Both the position numbers and the translations under genes were made by a program. Below, in pieces: positions 24,401 through 37,800 of a DNA stretch of 64,000 nucleotides (its first letter is position 1; each line of letters opens with the position of its first letter). Under the pieces are notes generated by a model. That model worked only from the letters and a program-made list of their open reading frames with translations, had not been told where the DNA came from and searched no databases. This DNA is from the human T2T-CHM13v2.0 reference genome, Homo sapiens, in NCBI RefSeq assembly GCF_009914755.1, contig NC_060933.1. One strand, written 5' to 3'.

Positions 24401-26563
24401 AATATTCCGTTTTATAGAGCAGGTTTGAAACACTCTTTCTGCACTACGTGGAAGTGGACATTTGGAGAGCTTTGAGGCCTATGTTGAAAAAGGAAATATC
24501 TTCCCATAAAAACTAGACAGAAGCATTGTCAGAAACTTGTTTGTGATGTGTGTATTCAACTAACAGAGATGAACCTTTCTTTTTACAGAGCAGTTTTGAA
24601 ACACTCTTTTTGTGGAATCTGAAAGTGGATATTTGGATAGCTTCGAGGATTTCGTTGGAAACGGGATTACATATAAAACCTAGAGAGAAGCATTCTCAGG
24701 AACTCCTTTGTGATGTTTGCCTTCAAGTCACAGGACTGAACATTCCCTTTCATAGAGCAGGTTTGAAACACTCTTTCTGTAGTATCTGCAAGCTGACGTT
24801 TCAAGCGCTTTCAGCCCTATGGTGAGAAAGGAAATATCTTCAAGTAAAAACTAGACAGAAGCATTCTCAGAAACTTATTTGCCATGTGTGTTCTCAACTA
24901 ACAGAGTTGAACCTTTGTTTTGATACGGCATTTTGGAAACACTCTTTTTGTAGAATCTGCAGGTGGATATTCGGATAGCTTTGAAGGTTTCGTTGGAAAC
25001 GGGAATATCTTCATATAAAGTCTAGACGGAAGCATTCTCAGAAACTGCTTTGTGATGTTTTCATTCAAGTCACAGAGTAGAATGTTCCCTGTTATATACC
25101 AGGTTTGAGACACTCTTTCTGCACTACCTGGAAGTGGACGTTTGGAGCGCTTTGAGGCCTATGTTGAAAAAGGAAATATCTTCCCATAAAAACTAGACAG
25201 AAGCATTCTCAGAAACTTGTTTGTGATGTGTGTATTCAACTAACAGAGATGAACCTTTCTTTTTACAGAGCAGTTTTGAAACACTCTTTTTGTGGAATCT
25301 GAAAGTGGATATTTGGATAGCTTTGAGGATTTCGTTGGAAACGGGATTACATATAAAATCTAGAGAGAAGCATTCTCAGGAACTTCATTGTGATGTTTGC
25401 ATTCAAGTCACAGAACTGAACATTCCCTTTCATAGAGCATGTTTGAAACACTCTTTCTGTAGTATCTGCAAACGGACATTTCAAACGCTTTCAGGCCTAT
25501 GGTGAGAAAGGAAATATCTTCAAATAAAAACTAGACAGAAGCATTCTCAGAAACTTATTTGCGATGTGTGTCCTCAACTAACAGAGTTGAACCTTTCTTT
25601 TGATACAACATGTTGGAAACACTCTTTTTGTAGAATCTGCAAGTGGATATTTGGATAGCTTTGAAGGTTTCGTTGGAAACGGGAATATCTTCATATAAAA
25701 TCAAGACAGAAGCATTCTCAGAAACTTCTCTGTGATGTTTGCATTCAACTCATAGAGTTGAACACTTCCCTTCATACAGCAGGTTTGAAACACTCTTTTT
25801 GTAATATTTGGAAGTGGACATTTGCAGCGCTTTGAGGCCTATGATGAAAAAGGTAATATCTTCCCATAAAAACTAGACAGAAGCATTCTCAGAAACTTGT
25901 TTGTGATGTGTGTATTCAACTAACAGAGATGAACCTTTCTTTTTACAGAGCAGTTTTGAAACACTCTTTTTGTGGAATCTGAAAGTGGATATTTGGATAG
26001 CTTTGCGGATTTCGTTGGAAACGGGATTACATATAAAATCTAGGGAGAAGCATTCTCAGGAACTTCTTTGTGATGTTTGCATTCAAGTCACAGAACTGAA
26101 CATTCCCTTTCATAGAGCAGGTTTGAAACACTCTTTCTGTAGTATCTGCAAGCGGACGTTTTAAGCGCTTTCAGGCCTGTGGTGAGAAAGGAAATATCTT
26201 CAAATAAAAACTAGACAGAAGCATTCTCAGAAACTTATTTGCGATGTGTGTCCTCAACTAACAGAGTTGAAACTTTCTTTTGATACAACATTTTGGAAAC
26301 ACTCTTTTTGTAGAATCTGCAAGTGGATATTTGGATAGCTTTGAAGGTTTCGTTGGAAACGGGAATATCTTCATATGAAATCAAGACAGAAGCATTCTCG
26401 GAAACTTCTCTGTGATGTTTGCATTCAACTCATAGAGTTGAACACTTCCCTTCATACAGCAGGTTTGAAACACTCTTTTTCTAATATTTGAAAGTGGACA
26501 TTTGCAGCGCTTTGAGGCCTATGTTGAAAAAGGTAATATCTTCTCCTAAAAACCAGACAGAAG
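21460..26563 (+). repeat. Two 15-mer HORs (21460-24011, 24012-26563)
   Basis: X markers 21561, 24113, 26665. Confidence 0.9.
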
Positions 26564-29500
26564 CATTCTCAGAAACTTCCTTGTGATGTGTGTACTCAAG
26601 TAACAGAGTTGAACCTTCCTTTTGACAGAGCAGTTTTGAAGCACTCTTTTTGTAGAATCTGCAAGTGGATATTTTGATACCTTTGAGGATTTCGTTGGAC
26701 ACAGGATATCTTCATATAAAATCTAGACAGAAGCATTCTCAGAAACTTCTTTGTGCTGTATGTCCTCAATTAACAGAGTTGAACCTTTGTGTGGATACAG
26801 CATTTTGGAAACATTCCTTTAGTAGAATCTGCAAGTTGATATTTAGATAGCTAGGAAGATTTCCTTGGAAACGGGAATATCTTCATATAAAATCTAGACG
26901 GAAGCATTCTCAGAAAGTGCTTTGTGATGTTTGCATTCAAGTCACAGAGTTGAATATTCCCTTTTATAGAGCAGGTTTGAAACACTCTTTCTGCACTACC
27001 TGGAAGTGGACATTTGGAGCGCTTTGAGGCCTATGTTGAAAAAGGAAATATCTTCCCATAAAAACTAGAGAGAAGCATTCTCAGAAACTTGTTTGTGATG
27101 TGTGTATTCAACTAACAGAGATGAACCTTTCTTTTTACAGAGCAGTTTTGAAACACTCTTTTTGTGGAATCTGAAAGTGGATATTTGGATAGCTTTGAGG
27201 ATTTCGTTGGAAACGGGATTACATATAAAATCTAGAGAGAAGCATTCTCAGGAACTTCTTTGTGATGTTTGCATTCAAGTCACAGAACTGAACATTCCCT
27301 TTCATAGAGCAGGTTTGAAACCCTCTTTCTGTAGTATCTGCAAGCAGACGTTTTAAGCGCTTTCAGGCCTGTGGTGAGAAAGGAAATATCTTCAAATAAA
27401 AACTAGACAGAAGCATTCTCAGAAACTTATTTGCGATGTGTGTCCTCAACTAACAGAGTTGAACCTTTCTTTTGATACAACATTTTGTAACCACTCTTTT
27501 TGTAGAATCTGCAAGTGGATATTTGGATAGCTTTGAAGGTTTCGTTGGAAACGGGAATATCTTCATATAAAATCAAGACAGAAGCATTCTCAGAAACTTC
27601 TCTGTGATGTTTGCATTCAACTCATAGAGTTGAACACTTCCCTTCATACAGCAGGTTTGAAACACTCTTTTTCTAATATTTGGAAGTGGACATTTGCAGC
27701 GCTTTGAGGCCTATGATGAAAAAGGTAATATCTTCCCATAAAAACTAGACAGAAGCATTCTCAGAAACTTGTTTGTGATGTGTGTATTCAACTAACAGAG
27801 ATGAACCTTTCTTTTTACAGAGCAGTTTTGAAACACTCTTTTTGTGGAATCTGAAAGTGGATATTTGGATAGCTTTGCGGATTTCGTTGGAAACGGGATT
27901 ACATATAAAATCTAGGGAGAAGCATTCTCAGGAACTTCTTTGTGATGTTTGCATTCAAGTCACAGAACTGAACATTCCCTTTCATAGAGCAGGTTTGAAA
28001 CCCTCTTTCTGTAGTATCTGCAAGCAGACGTTTTAAGCGCTTTCAGGCCTGTGGTGAGAAAGGAAATATCTTCAAATAAAAACTAGACAGAAGCATTCTC
28101 AGAAACTTATTTGCGATGTGTGTCCTCAACTAACAGAGTTGAACCTTTCTTTTGATACAACATTTTGTAACCACTCTTTTTGTAGAATCTGCAAGTGGAT
28201 ATTTGGATAGCTTTGAAGGTTTCGTTGGAAACGGGAATATCTTCATATAAAATCAAGACAGAAGCATTCTCAGAAACTTCTCTGTGATGTTTGCATTCAA
28301 CTCATAGAGTTGAACACTTCCCTTCATACAGCAGGTTTGAAACACTCTTTTTCTAATATTTGGAAGTGGACATTTGCAGCGCTTTGAGGCCTATGATGAA
28401 AAAGGTAATATCTTCCCATAAAAACTAGACAGAAGCATTCTCAGAAACTTGTTTGTGATGTGTGTATTCAACTAACAGAGATGAACCTTTCTTTTTACAG
28501 AGCAGTTTTGAAACACTCTTTTTGTGGAATCTGAAAGTGGATATTTGGATAGCTTTGCGGATTTCGTTGGAAACGGGATTACATATAAAATCTAGGGAGA
28601 AGCATTCTCAGGAACTTCTTTGTGATGTTTGCATTCAAGTCACAGAACTGAACATTCCCTTTCATAGAGCAGGTTTGAAACACTCTTTCTGTAGTATCTG
28701 CAAGCGGACGTTTTAAGCGCTTTCAGGCCTGTGGTGAGAAAGGAAATATCTTCAAGTAAAAACTAGACAGAAGCATTCTCAGAAACTTATTTGCCATGCG
28801 TGTTCTCAACTAACAGAGTTGAACCTTTGTTTTGATACGGCATTTTGGAAACAGTCTTTTTGTAGAATCTGCAGGTGGATATTCGGATAGCTTTGAAGGT
28901 TTCGTTGGAAACGGGAATATCTTCATATAAAATCTAGACGGAAGCATTCTCAGAAACTGCTTTGTGATGTTTTCATTCAAGTCACAGAGTAGAATGTTCG
29001 CTGTTATATACCAGGTTTGAGACACTCTTTCTGCACTACCTGGAAGTGGACGTTTGGAGCGCTTTGAGGCCTATGTTGAAAAAGGAAATATCTTCCCATA
29101 AAAACTAGACAGAAGCATTCTCAGAAACTTGTTTGTGATGTGTGTATTCAACTAACAGAGATGAACCTTTCTTTTTACAGAGCAGTTTTGAAACACTCTT
29201 TTTGTGGAATCTGAAAGTGGATATTTGGATAGCTTTGCGGATTTCTTTGGAAACGGGATTACATATAAAATCTAGAGAGAAGCATTCTCAGGAACTTCTT
29301 TGTGATGTTTGCATTCAAGTCACAGGACTGAACGTTCCCTTTCATAGAGCAGGTTTGAAACACTCTTTCTGTAGTATCTGCAAACGGACATTTCAAACGC
29401 TTTCAGGCCTATGGTGAGAAAGGAAATATCTTCAAATAAAAACTAGACAGAAGCATTCTCAGAAACTTATTTGCGATGTGTGTCCTCAACTAACAGAGTT

Positions 29501-29795
29501 GAACCTTTCTTTTGATACAACATTTTGGAAACACTCTTTTTGTAGAATCTGCAAGTGGATATTTGGATAGCTTTGAAGGTTTCGTTGGAAACGGGAATAT
29601 CTTCATATGAAATCAAGACAGAAGCATTCTCAGAAACTTCTCTGTGATGTTTGCATTCAACTCATAGAGTTGAACACTTCCCTTCATACAGCAGGTTTGA
29701 AACACTCTTTTTCTAATATTTGGAAGTGGACATTTGCAGCGCTTTGAGGCCTATGTTGAAAAAGGAAATATCTTCCCCTAAAAACCAGACAGAAG
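26564..29795 (+). repeat. Rearranged 19-mer HOR (XYZ-b-b-b/a-b), 3232 bp
   Basis: X markers 26665 to 29897. Flavour-a monomers R1/S1 occur only in the third tetramer (about 28774-29115). Confidence 0.88.
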
Positions 29796-32700
29796 CATTC
29801 TCAGAAACTTCCTTGTGATGTGTGTACTCAAGTAACAGAGTTGAACCTTCCTTTTGACAGAGCAGTTTTGAAGCACTCTTTTTGTAGAATCTGCAAGTGG
29901 ATATTTTGATACCTTTGAGGATTTCGTTGGACACGGGATATCTTCATATAAAATCTAGACAGAAGCATTCTCAGAAACTTCTTTGTGCTGTATGTCCTCA
30001 ATTAACAGAGTTGAACCTTTGTGTGGATACAGCATTTTGGAAACATTCCTTTAGTAGAATCTGCAAGTTGATATTTAGATAGCTAGGAAGATTTCCTTGG
30101 AAACGGGAATATCTTCATATAAAATCTAGACGGAAGCATTCTCAGAAAGTGCTTTGTGATGTTTGCATTCAAGTCACAGAGTTGAATATTCCCTTTTATA
30201 GAGCAGGTTTGAAACACTCTTTCTGCACTACCTGGAAGTGGACATTTGGAGCGCTTTGAGGCCTACGTTGAAAAAGGAAATATCTTCCCATAAAAACTAG
30301 ACAGAAGCATTCTCAGAAACTTGTTTGTGATGTGTGTATTCAACTAACAGAGATGAACCTTTCTTTTTACAGAGCAGTTTTGAAACACTCTTTTTGTGGA
30401 ATCTGAAAGTGGATATTTGGATAGCTTTGAGGATTTCGTTGGAAACGGGATTACATATAAAACCTAGAGAGAAGAATTCTCAGGAACTTCTTTGTGATGT
30501 TTGCCTTCAAGTCACAGGACTGAACATTCCCTTTCATAGAGCAGGTTTGAAACACTCTTTCTGTAGTATCTGCAAGCTGACGTTTCAAGCGCTTTCAGGC
30601 CTATGGTGAGAAAGGAAATATCTTCAAGTAAAAACTAGACAGAAGCATTCTCAGAAACTTATTTGCCATGTGTGTTCTCAACTAACAGAGTTGAACCTTT
30701 GTTTTGATACGGCATTTTGGAAACACTCTTTTTGTAGAATCTGCAGGTGGATATACGGATAGCTTTGAAGGTTTCGTTGGAAACGGGAATATCTTCATAT
30801 AAAGTCTAGACGGAAGCATTCTCAGAAACTGCTTTGTGATGTTTTCATTCAAGTCACAGAGTAGAATGTTCGCTGTTATATATCAGGTTTGAGACACTCT
30901 TTCTGCACTACCTGGAAGTGGACGTTTGGAGCGCTTTGAGGCCTATGTTGAAAAAGGAAATATCTTCCCATAAAAACTAGACAGAAGCATTCTCAGAAAC
31001 TTGTTTGTGATGTGTGTATTCAACTAACAGAGATGAACCTTTCTTTTTACAGAGCAGTTTTGAAACACTCTTTTTGTGGAATCTGAAAGTGGATATTTGG
31101 ATAGCTTTGAGGATTTCGTTGGAAACGGGATTACATATAAAATCTAGAGAGAAGCATTCTCAGGAACTTCTTTGTGATGTTTGCATTCACGTCACAGAAC
31201 TGAACATTCCCTTTCATAGAGCATGTTTGAAACACTCTTTCTGTAGTATCTGCAAACGGACATTTCAAACGCTTTCAGGCCTATGGTGAGAAAGGAAATA
31301 TCTTCAAATAAAAACTAGACAGAAGCATTCTCAGAAACTTATTTACGATGTGTGTCCTCAACTAACAGAGTTGAACCTTTCTTTTGATACAACATTTTGG
31401 AAACACTCTTTTTGTAGAATCTGCAAGTGGATATTTGGATAGCTTTGAAGGTTTCGTTGGAAACGGGAATATCTTCATATAAAATCAAGACAGAAGCATT
31501 CTCAGAAACTTCTCTGTGATGTTTGCATTCAACTCATAGAGTTGAACACTTCCCTTCATACAGCAGGTTTGAAACCCTCTTTTTCTAATATTTGGAAGTG
31601 GACATTTGCAGCGCTTTGAGGCCTATGTTGAAAAAGGAAATATCTTCCCATAAAAACTAGACAGAAGCATTCTCAGAAACTTCCTTGTGATGTGTGTATT
31701 CAACTAACAGAGATGAACCTTTCTTTTTACAGAGCAGTTTTGAAACACTCTTTTTGTGGAATCTGAAAGTGGATATTTGGATAGCTTTGAGGATTTCGTT
31801 GGAAACGGGATTACATATAAAATCTAGGGAGAAGCATTCTCAGGAACTTCTTTGTGATGTTTGCATTCAAGTCACAGAACTGAACATTCCCTTTCATAGA
31901 GCAGGTTTGAAACACTCTTTCTGTAGTGTCTGCAAGCGGACGTTTCAAGCGCTTTCAGGCCTGTGGTGAAAAAGGAAATATCTTCAAATAAAAACTAGAC
32001 AGAAGCATTCTCAGAAACTTATTTGCGATGTGTGTTCTCAGCTAACAGAGTTGAACCTTTGTTTTGATACAGCATTTTGGAAACACTCTTTTTGTAGGAT
32101 CTGCAGGTGGATATTTGGATAGCTTTGAAGGTTTCTTTGGAAACGGGAATATCTTCATATAAAATCAAGACAGAAGCATTCTCAGAAACTTCTCTGTGAT
32201 GTTTGCATTCAACTCATAGAGTTGAACACTTCCTTTCATAGAGCTGGTTTGAAATACTCTTTTTGTAATATTTGGAAGTGGACATTGGCAGCGCTTTGAA
32301 GCCTATGGTGAAAAAGGAGATATCTTCTCCTAAAAACCAGACAGAAGCATTCTCAGAATCTTTCTTGTGATGTGTGTACTCAAGTAACAGAGTTGAACCT
32401 TCATTTTGACAGAGCAGTTTTGAAGCACTCTTTTTGTAGAATCTGCAAGTGGATATTTTGATACCTTTGAGGATTTCGTTAGACACGGGATATCTTCATA
32501 TAAAATCTAGACAGAAGCATTCTCAGAAACTTCTTTGTGCTGTATGTCCTCAATTAACAGAGTTGAACCTTTGTGTGGATACAGCATTTTGGAAACATTC
32601 CTTTAGTAGAATCTGCAAGTTGATATTTAGATAGCTAGGAAGATTTCCTTGGAAACGGGAATATCTTCATATAAAATCTAGACGGAAGCATTCTCAGAAA

Positions 32701-34899
32701 GTGCTTTGTGATGTTTGCATTCAAGTCACAGAGTTGAATATTCCCTTTTATAGAGCAAGTTTGAAACACTCTTTCTGCACTACCTGGAAGTGGACATTTG
32801 GAGCGCTTTGAGGCCTATGTTGAAAAAGGAAATATCTTCCCATAAAAACTAGACAGAAGAATTCTCAGAAACTTGTTTGTGATGTGTGTATTCAACTAAC
32901 AGAGATGAACCTTTCTTTTTACAGAGCAGTTTTGAAACACTCTTTTTGTGGAATCTGAAAGTGGATATTTGGATAGCTTTGAGGATTTCGTTGGAAACGG
33001 GATTACATATAAAACCTAGAGAGAAGCATTCTCAGGAACTTCTTTGTGATGTTTGCATTCAAGTCACAGAACTGAACATTCCCTTTCATAGAGCAGGTTT
33101 GAAACACTCTTTCTGTAGTATCTGCAAGCTGACGTTTCAAGCGCTTTCAGGCCTATGGTGAGAAAGGAAATATCTTCAAGTAAAAACTAGACAGAAACAT
33201 TCTCAGAAACTTATTTGCGATGTGTGTTCTCAACTAACAGAGTTGAACCTTTGTTTTGATACGGCATTTTGGAAACACTCTTTTTGTAGAATCTGCAGGT
33301 GGATATTCGGATAGCTTTGAAGGTTTCGTTGGAAACGGGAATATCTTCATATAAAATCTAGACGGAAGCATTCTCAGAAAGTGCTTTGTGATGTTTTCAT
33401 TCAAGTCACAGAGTAGAATGTTCCCTGTTATATACCAGGTTTGAGACACTCTTTCTGCACTACCTGGATGTGGACATTTGGAGCGCTTTGTGGCCTATGT
33501 AGAAAAAGGAAATATCTTCCCATAAAAACTAGACAGAAGCATTCTCAGAAACTTGTTTGTGATGTGTGTATTCAACTAACAGAGATGAACCTTTCTTTTT
33601 ACAGAGCAGTTTTGAAACACTCTTTTTGTGGAATCTGAAAGTGGATATTTGGATAGCTTTGAGGATTTCGTTGGAAACGGGATTACATATAAAACCTAGA
33701 GAGAAGCATTCTCAGGAACTTCTTTGTGATGTTTGCATTGAAGTCACAGAACTGAACATTCCCTTTCATAGAGCATGTTTGAAACACTCTTTCTGTAGTA
33801 TCTGCAAACGGACATTTCAAACGCTTTCAGGCCTATGGTGAGAAAGGAAATATCTTCAAATAAAAACTAGACAGAAGCATTCTCAGAAACTTATTTGCGA
33901 TGTGTGTCCTCAACTAACAGAGTTGAACCTTTCTTTTGATACAACATTTTGGAAACACTCTTTTTGTAGAATCTGCAAGTGGATATTTGGATAGCTTTGA
34001 AGGTTTCGTTGGAAACGGGAATATCTTCATATAAAATCAAGACAGAAGCATTCTCAGAAACTTCTCTGTGATGTTTCCATTCAACTCATAGAGTTGGACA
34101 CTTCCCTTCATACAGCAGGTTTGAAACACTCTTTTTGTAATATTTGGAAGTGGACATTTGCAGCGCTTTGGGGCCTATGATGAAAAAGGTAATATCTTCC
34201 CATAAAAACTAGACAGAAGCATTCTCAGAAACTTGTTTGTGATGTGTGTATTCAACTAACAGAGATGAACCTTTCTTTTTACAGAGCAGTTTTGAAACAC
34301 TCTTTTTGTGGAATCTGAAAGTGGATATTTGGATAGCTTTGCGGATTTCGTTGGAAACGGGATTACATATAAAATCTAGGGAGAAGCATTCTCAGGAACT
34401 TCTTTGTGTTGTTTGCATTCAAGTCACAGAACTGAACATTCCCTTTCATAGAGCAGGTTTGAAACACTCTTTCTGTAGTATCTGCAAGCGGACGTTTTAA
34501 GCGCTTTCAGGCCTGTGGTGAGAAAGGAAATATCTTCAAATAAAAACTAGACAGAAGAATTCTCAGAAACTTATTTGCGATGTGTGTCCTCAACTAACAG
34601 AGTTGAACCTTTCTTTTGATACAACATTTTGGAAACACTCTTTTTGTAGAATCTGCAAGTGGATATTTGGATAGCTTTGAAGGTTTCGTTGGAAACGGGA
34701 ATATCTTCATATAAAATCAAGACAGCAGCATTCTCAGAAACTTCTCTGTGATGTTTGCATTCAACTCATAGAGTTGAACACTTCCCTTCATACAGCAGGT
34801 TTGAAACACTCTTTTTCTAATATTTGGAAGTGGACATTTGCAGCGCTTTGAGGCCTATGTTGAAAAAGGAAATATCTTCTCCTAAAAACCAGACAGAAG
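29796..34899 (+). repeat. Two 15-mer HORs (29796-32347, 32348-34899)
   Basis: X monomer starts at 29796, 32348, 34900. Confidence 0.9.
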
Positions 34900-37800
34900 C
34901 ATTCTCAGAAACTTCCTTGTGATGTGTGTACTCAAGTAACAGAGTTGAACCTTCCTTTTGACAGAGCAGTTTTGAAGCACTCTTTTTGTAGAATCTGCAA
35001 GTGGATATTTTGATACCTTTGAGGATTTCGTTGGACACGGGATATCTTCATATAAAATCTAGACAGAAGCATTCTCAGAAACTTCTTTGTGCTGTATGTC
35101 CTCAATTAACAGAGTTGAACCTTGGGTGGATACAGCATTTTGGAAACATTCCTTTAGTAGAATCTGCAAGTTGATATTTAGATAGCTAGGAAGATTTCCT
35201 TGGAAACGGGAATATCTTCATATAAAATCTAGACGGAAGCATTCTCAGAAAGTGCTTTGTGATGTTTGCATTCAAGTCACAGAGTTGAATATTCCCTTTT
35301 ATAGAGCAGGTTTGAAACACTCTTTCTGCACTACCTGGAAGTGGACATTTGGAGCGCTTTGAGGCCTATGTTGAAAAAGGAAATATCTTCCCCTAAAAAC
35401 TAGACAGAAGCATTCTCAGAAACTTGTTTGTGATGTGTGTATTCAACTAACAGAGATGAACCTTTCTTTTTACAGAGCAGTTTTGAAACACTCTTTTTGT
35501 GGAATCTGAAAGTGGATATTTGGATAGCTTTGAGGATTTCGTTGGAAACGGGATTACATATAAAACCTAGAGAGAAGCATTCTCAGGAACTTCTTTGTGA
35601 TGTTTGCCTTCAAGTCACAGGACTGAACATTCCCTTTCATAGAGCAGGTTTGAAACACTCTTTCTGTAGTATCTGCAAGCTCACGTTTCAAGCGCTTTCA
35701 GGCCTATGGTGAGAAAGGAAATATCTTCAAGTAAAAACTAGACAGAAGCATTCTCAGAAACTTATTTGCCATGTGTGTTCTCAACTAACAGAGTTGAACC
35801 TTTGTTTTGATACGGCATTTTGGAAACACTCTTTTTGTAGAATCTGCAGGTGGATATTCGGATAGCTTTGAAGGTTTCGTTGGAAACGGGAATATCTTCA
35901 TATAAAATCTAGACGGAAGCATTCTCAGAAACTGCTTTGTGATGTTTTCATTCAAGTCACAGAGTAGAATGTTCCCTGTTATATACCAGGTTTGAGACAC
36001 TCTTTCTGCACTACCTGGAAGTGGACGTTTGGAGCGCTTTGAGGCCTATGTTGAAAAAGGAAATATCTTCCCATAAAAACTAGACAGAAGCATTCTCAGA
36101 AACTTGTTTGTGATGTGTGTATTCAACTAACAGAGATGAACCTTTCTTTTTACAGAGCAGTTTTGAAACACTCTTTTTGTGGAATCTGAAAGTGGATATT
36201 TGGATAGCTTTGAGGATTTCGTTGGAAACGGGATTACATATAAAATCTAGGGAGAAGCATTCTCAGGAACTTCTTTGTGATGTTTGCATTCAAGTCACAG
36301 AACTGAACATTCCCTTTCATAGAGCAGGTTTGAAACACTCTTTCTGTAGTATCTGCAAGTGGACGTTTCAAGCGCTTTCAGGCCTGTGGTGAAAAAGGAA
36401 ATATCTTCAAATAAAAACTAGACAGAAGCATTCTCAGAAACTTATTTGCGATGTGTGTTCTCAGCTAACAGAGTTGAACCTTTGTTTTGATACAGCATTT
36501 TGGAAACACTCTTTTTGTAGGATCTGCAGGTGGATATTTGGATAGCTTTGAAGGTTTCTTTGGAAACGGGAATATCTTCATATAAAATCAAGACAGAAGC
36601 ATTCTCAGAAACTTCTCTGTGATGTTTGCATTCAACTCATAGAGTTGAACACTTCCTTTCATAGAGCTGGTTTGAAATACTCTTTTTGTAATATTTGGAA
36701 GTGGACATTGGCAGCGCTTTGAAGCCTATGGTGAAAAAGGAGATATCTTCTCCTAAAAACCAGACAGAAGCATTCTCAGAATCTTTCTTGTGATGTGTGT
36801 ACTCAAGTAACAGAGGTGAACCTTCATTTTGACAGAGCAGTTTTGAAGCACTCTTTTTGTAGAATCTGCAAGTGGATATTTTGATACCTTTGAGGATTTC
36901 GTTAGACACGGGATATCTTCATATAAAATCTAGACAGAAGCATTCTCAGAAACTTCTTTGTGCTGTATGTCCTCAATTAACAGAGTTGAACCTTTGTGTG
37001 GATACAGCATTTTGGAAACATTCCTTTAGTAGAATCTGCAAGTTGATATTTAGATAGCTAGGAAGATTTCCTTGGAAACGGGAATATCTTCATATAAAAT
37101 CTAGACGGAAGCATTCTCAGAAAGTGCTTTGTGATGTTTGCATTCAAGTCACAGAGTTGAATATTCCCTTTTATAGAGCAGGTTTGAAACACTCTTTCTG
37201 CACTACCTGGAAGTGGACATTAGCAGCGCTTTGAGGCCTATGATGAAAAAGGTAATATCTTCCCATAAAAACTAGACAGAAGCATTCTCAGAAACTTGTT
37301 TGTGATGTGTGTATTCAACTAACAGAGATGAACCTTTCTTTTTACAGAGCAGTTTTGAAACACTCTTTTTGTGGAATCTGAAAGTGGATATTTGGATAGC
37401 TTTGCGGATTTCGTTGGAAACGGGATTACATATAAAATCTAGGGAGAAGCATTCTCAGGAACTTCTTTGTGATGTTTGCATTCAAGTCACAGAACTGAAC
37501 ATTCCCTTTCATAGAGCAGGTTTGAAACACTCTTTCTGTAGTATCTGCAAGCGGACGTTTGAAGCGCTTTCAGGCCTGTGGTGAAAAAGGAAATATCTTG
37601 AAATAAAAACTAGACAGAAGCATTCTCAGAAACTTATTAGCGATGTGTGTTCTCAACTAAAAGAGTTGAACCTTTGTTTGGATACAGCATTTTGGAAACA
37701 CTCTTTTTGTAGAATCTGCAAGTGGATATTTGGATAGCTTTGAAGGTTTCGTTGGAAACGGGAATATCTTCATATAAAATCAAGACAGAAGCATTCTCAA

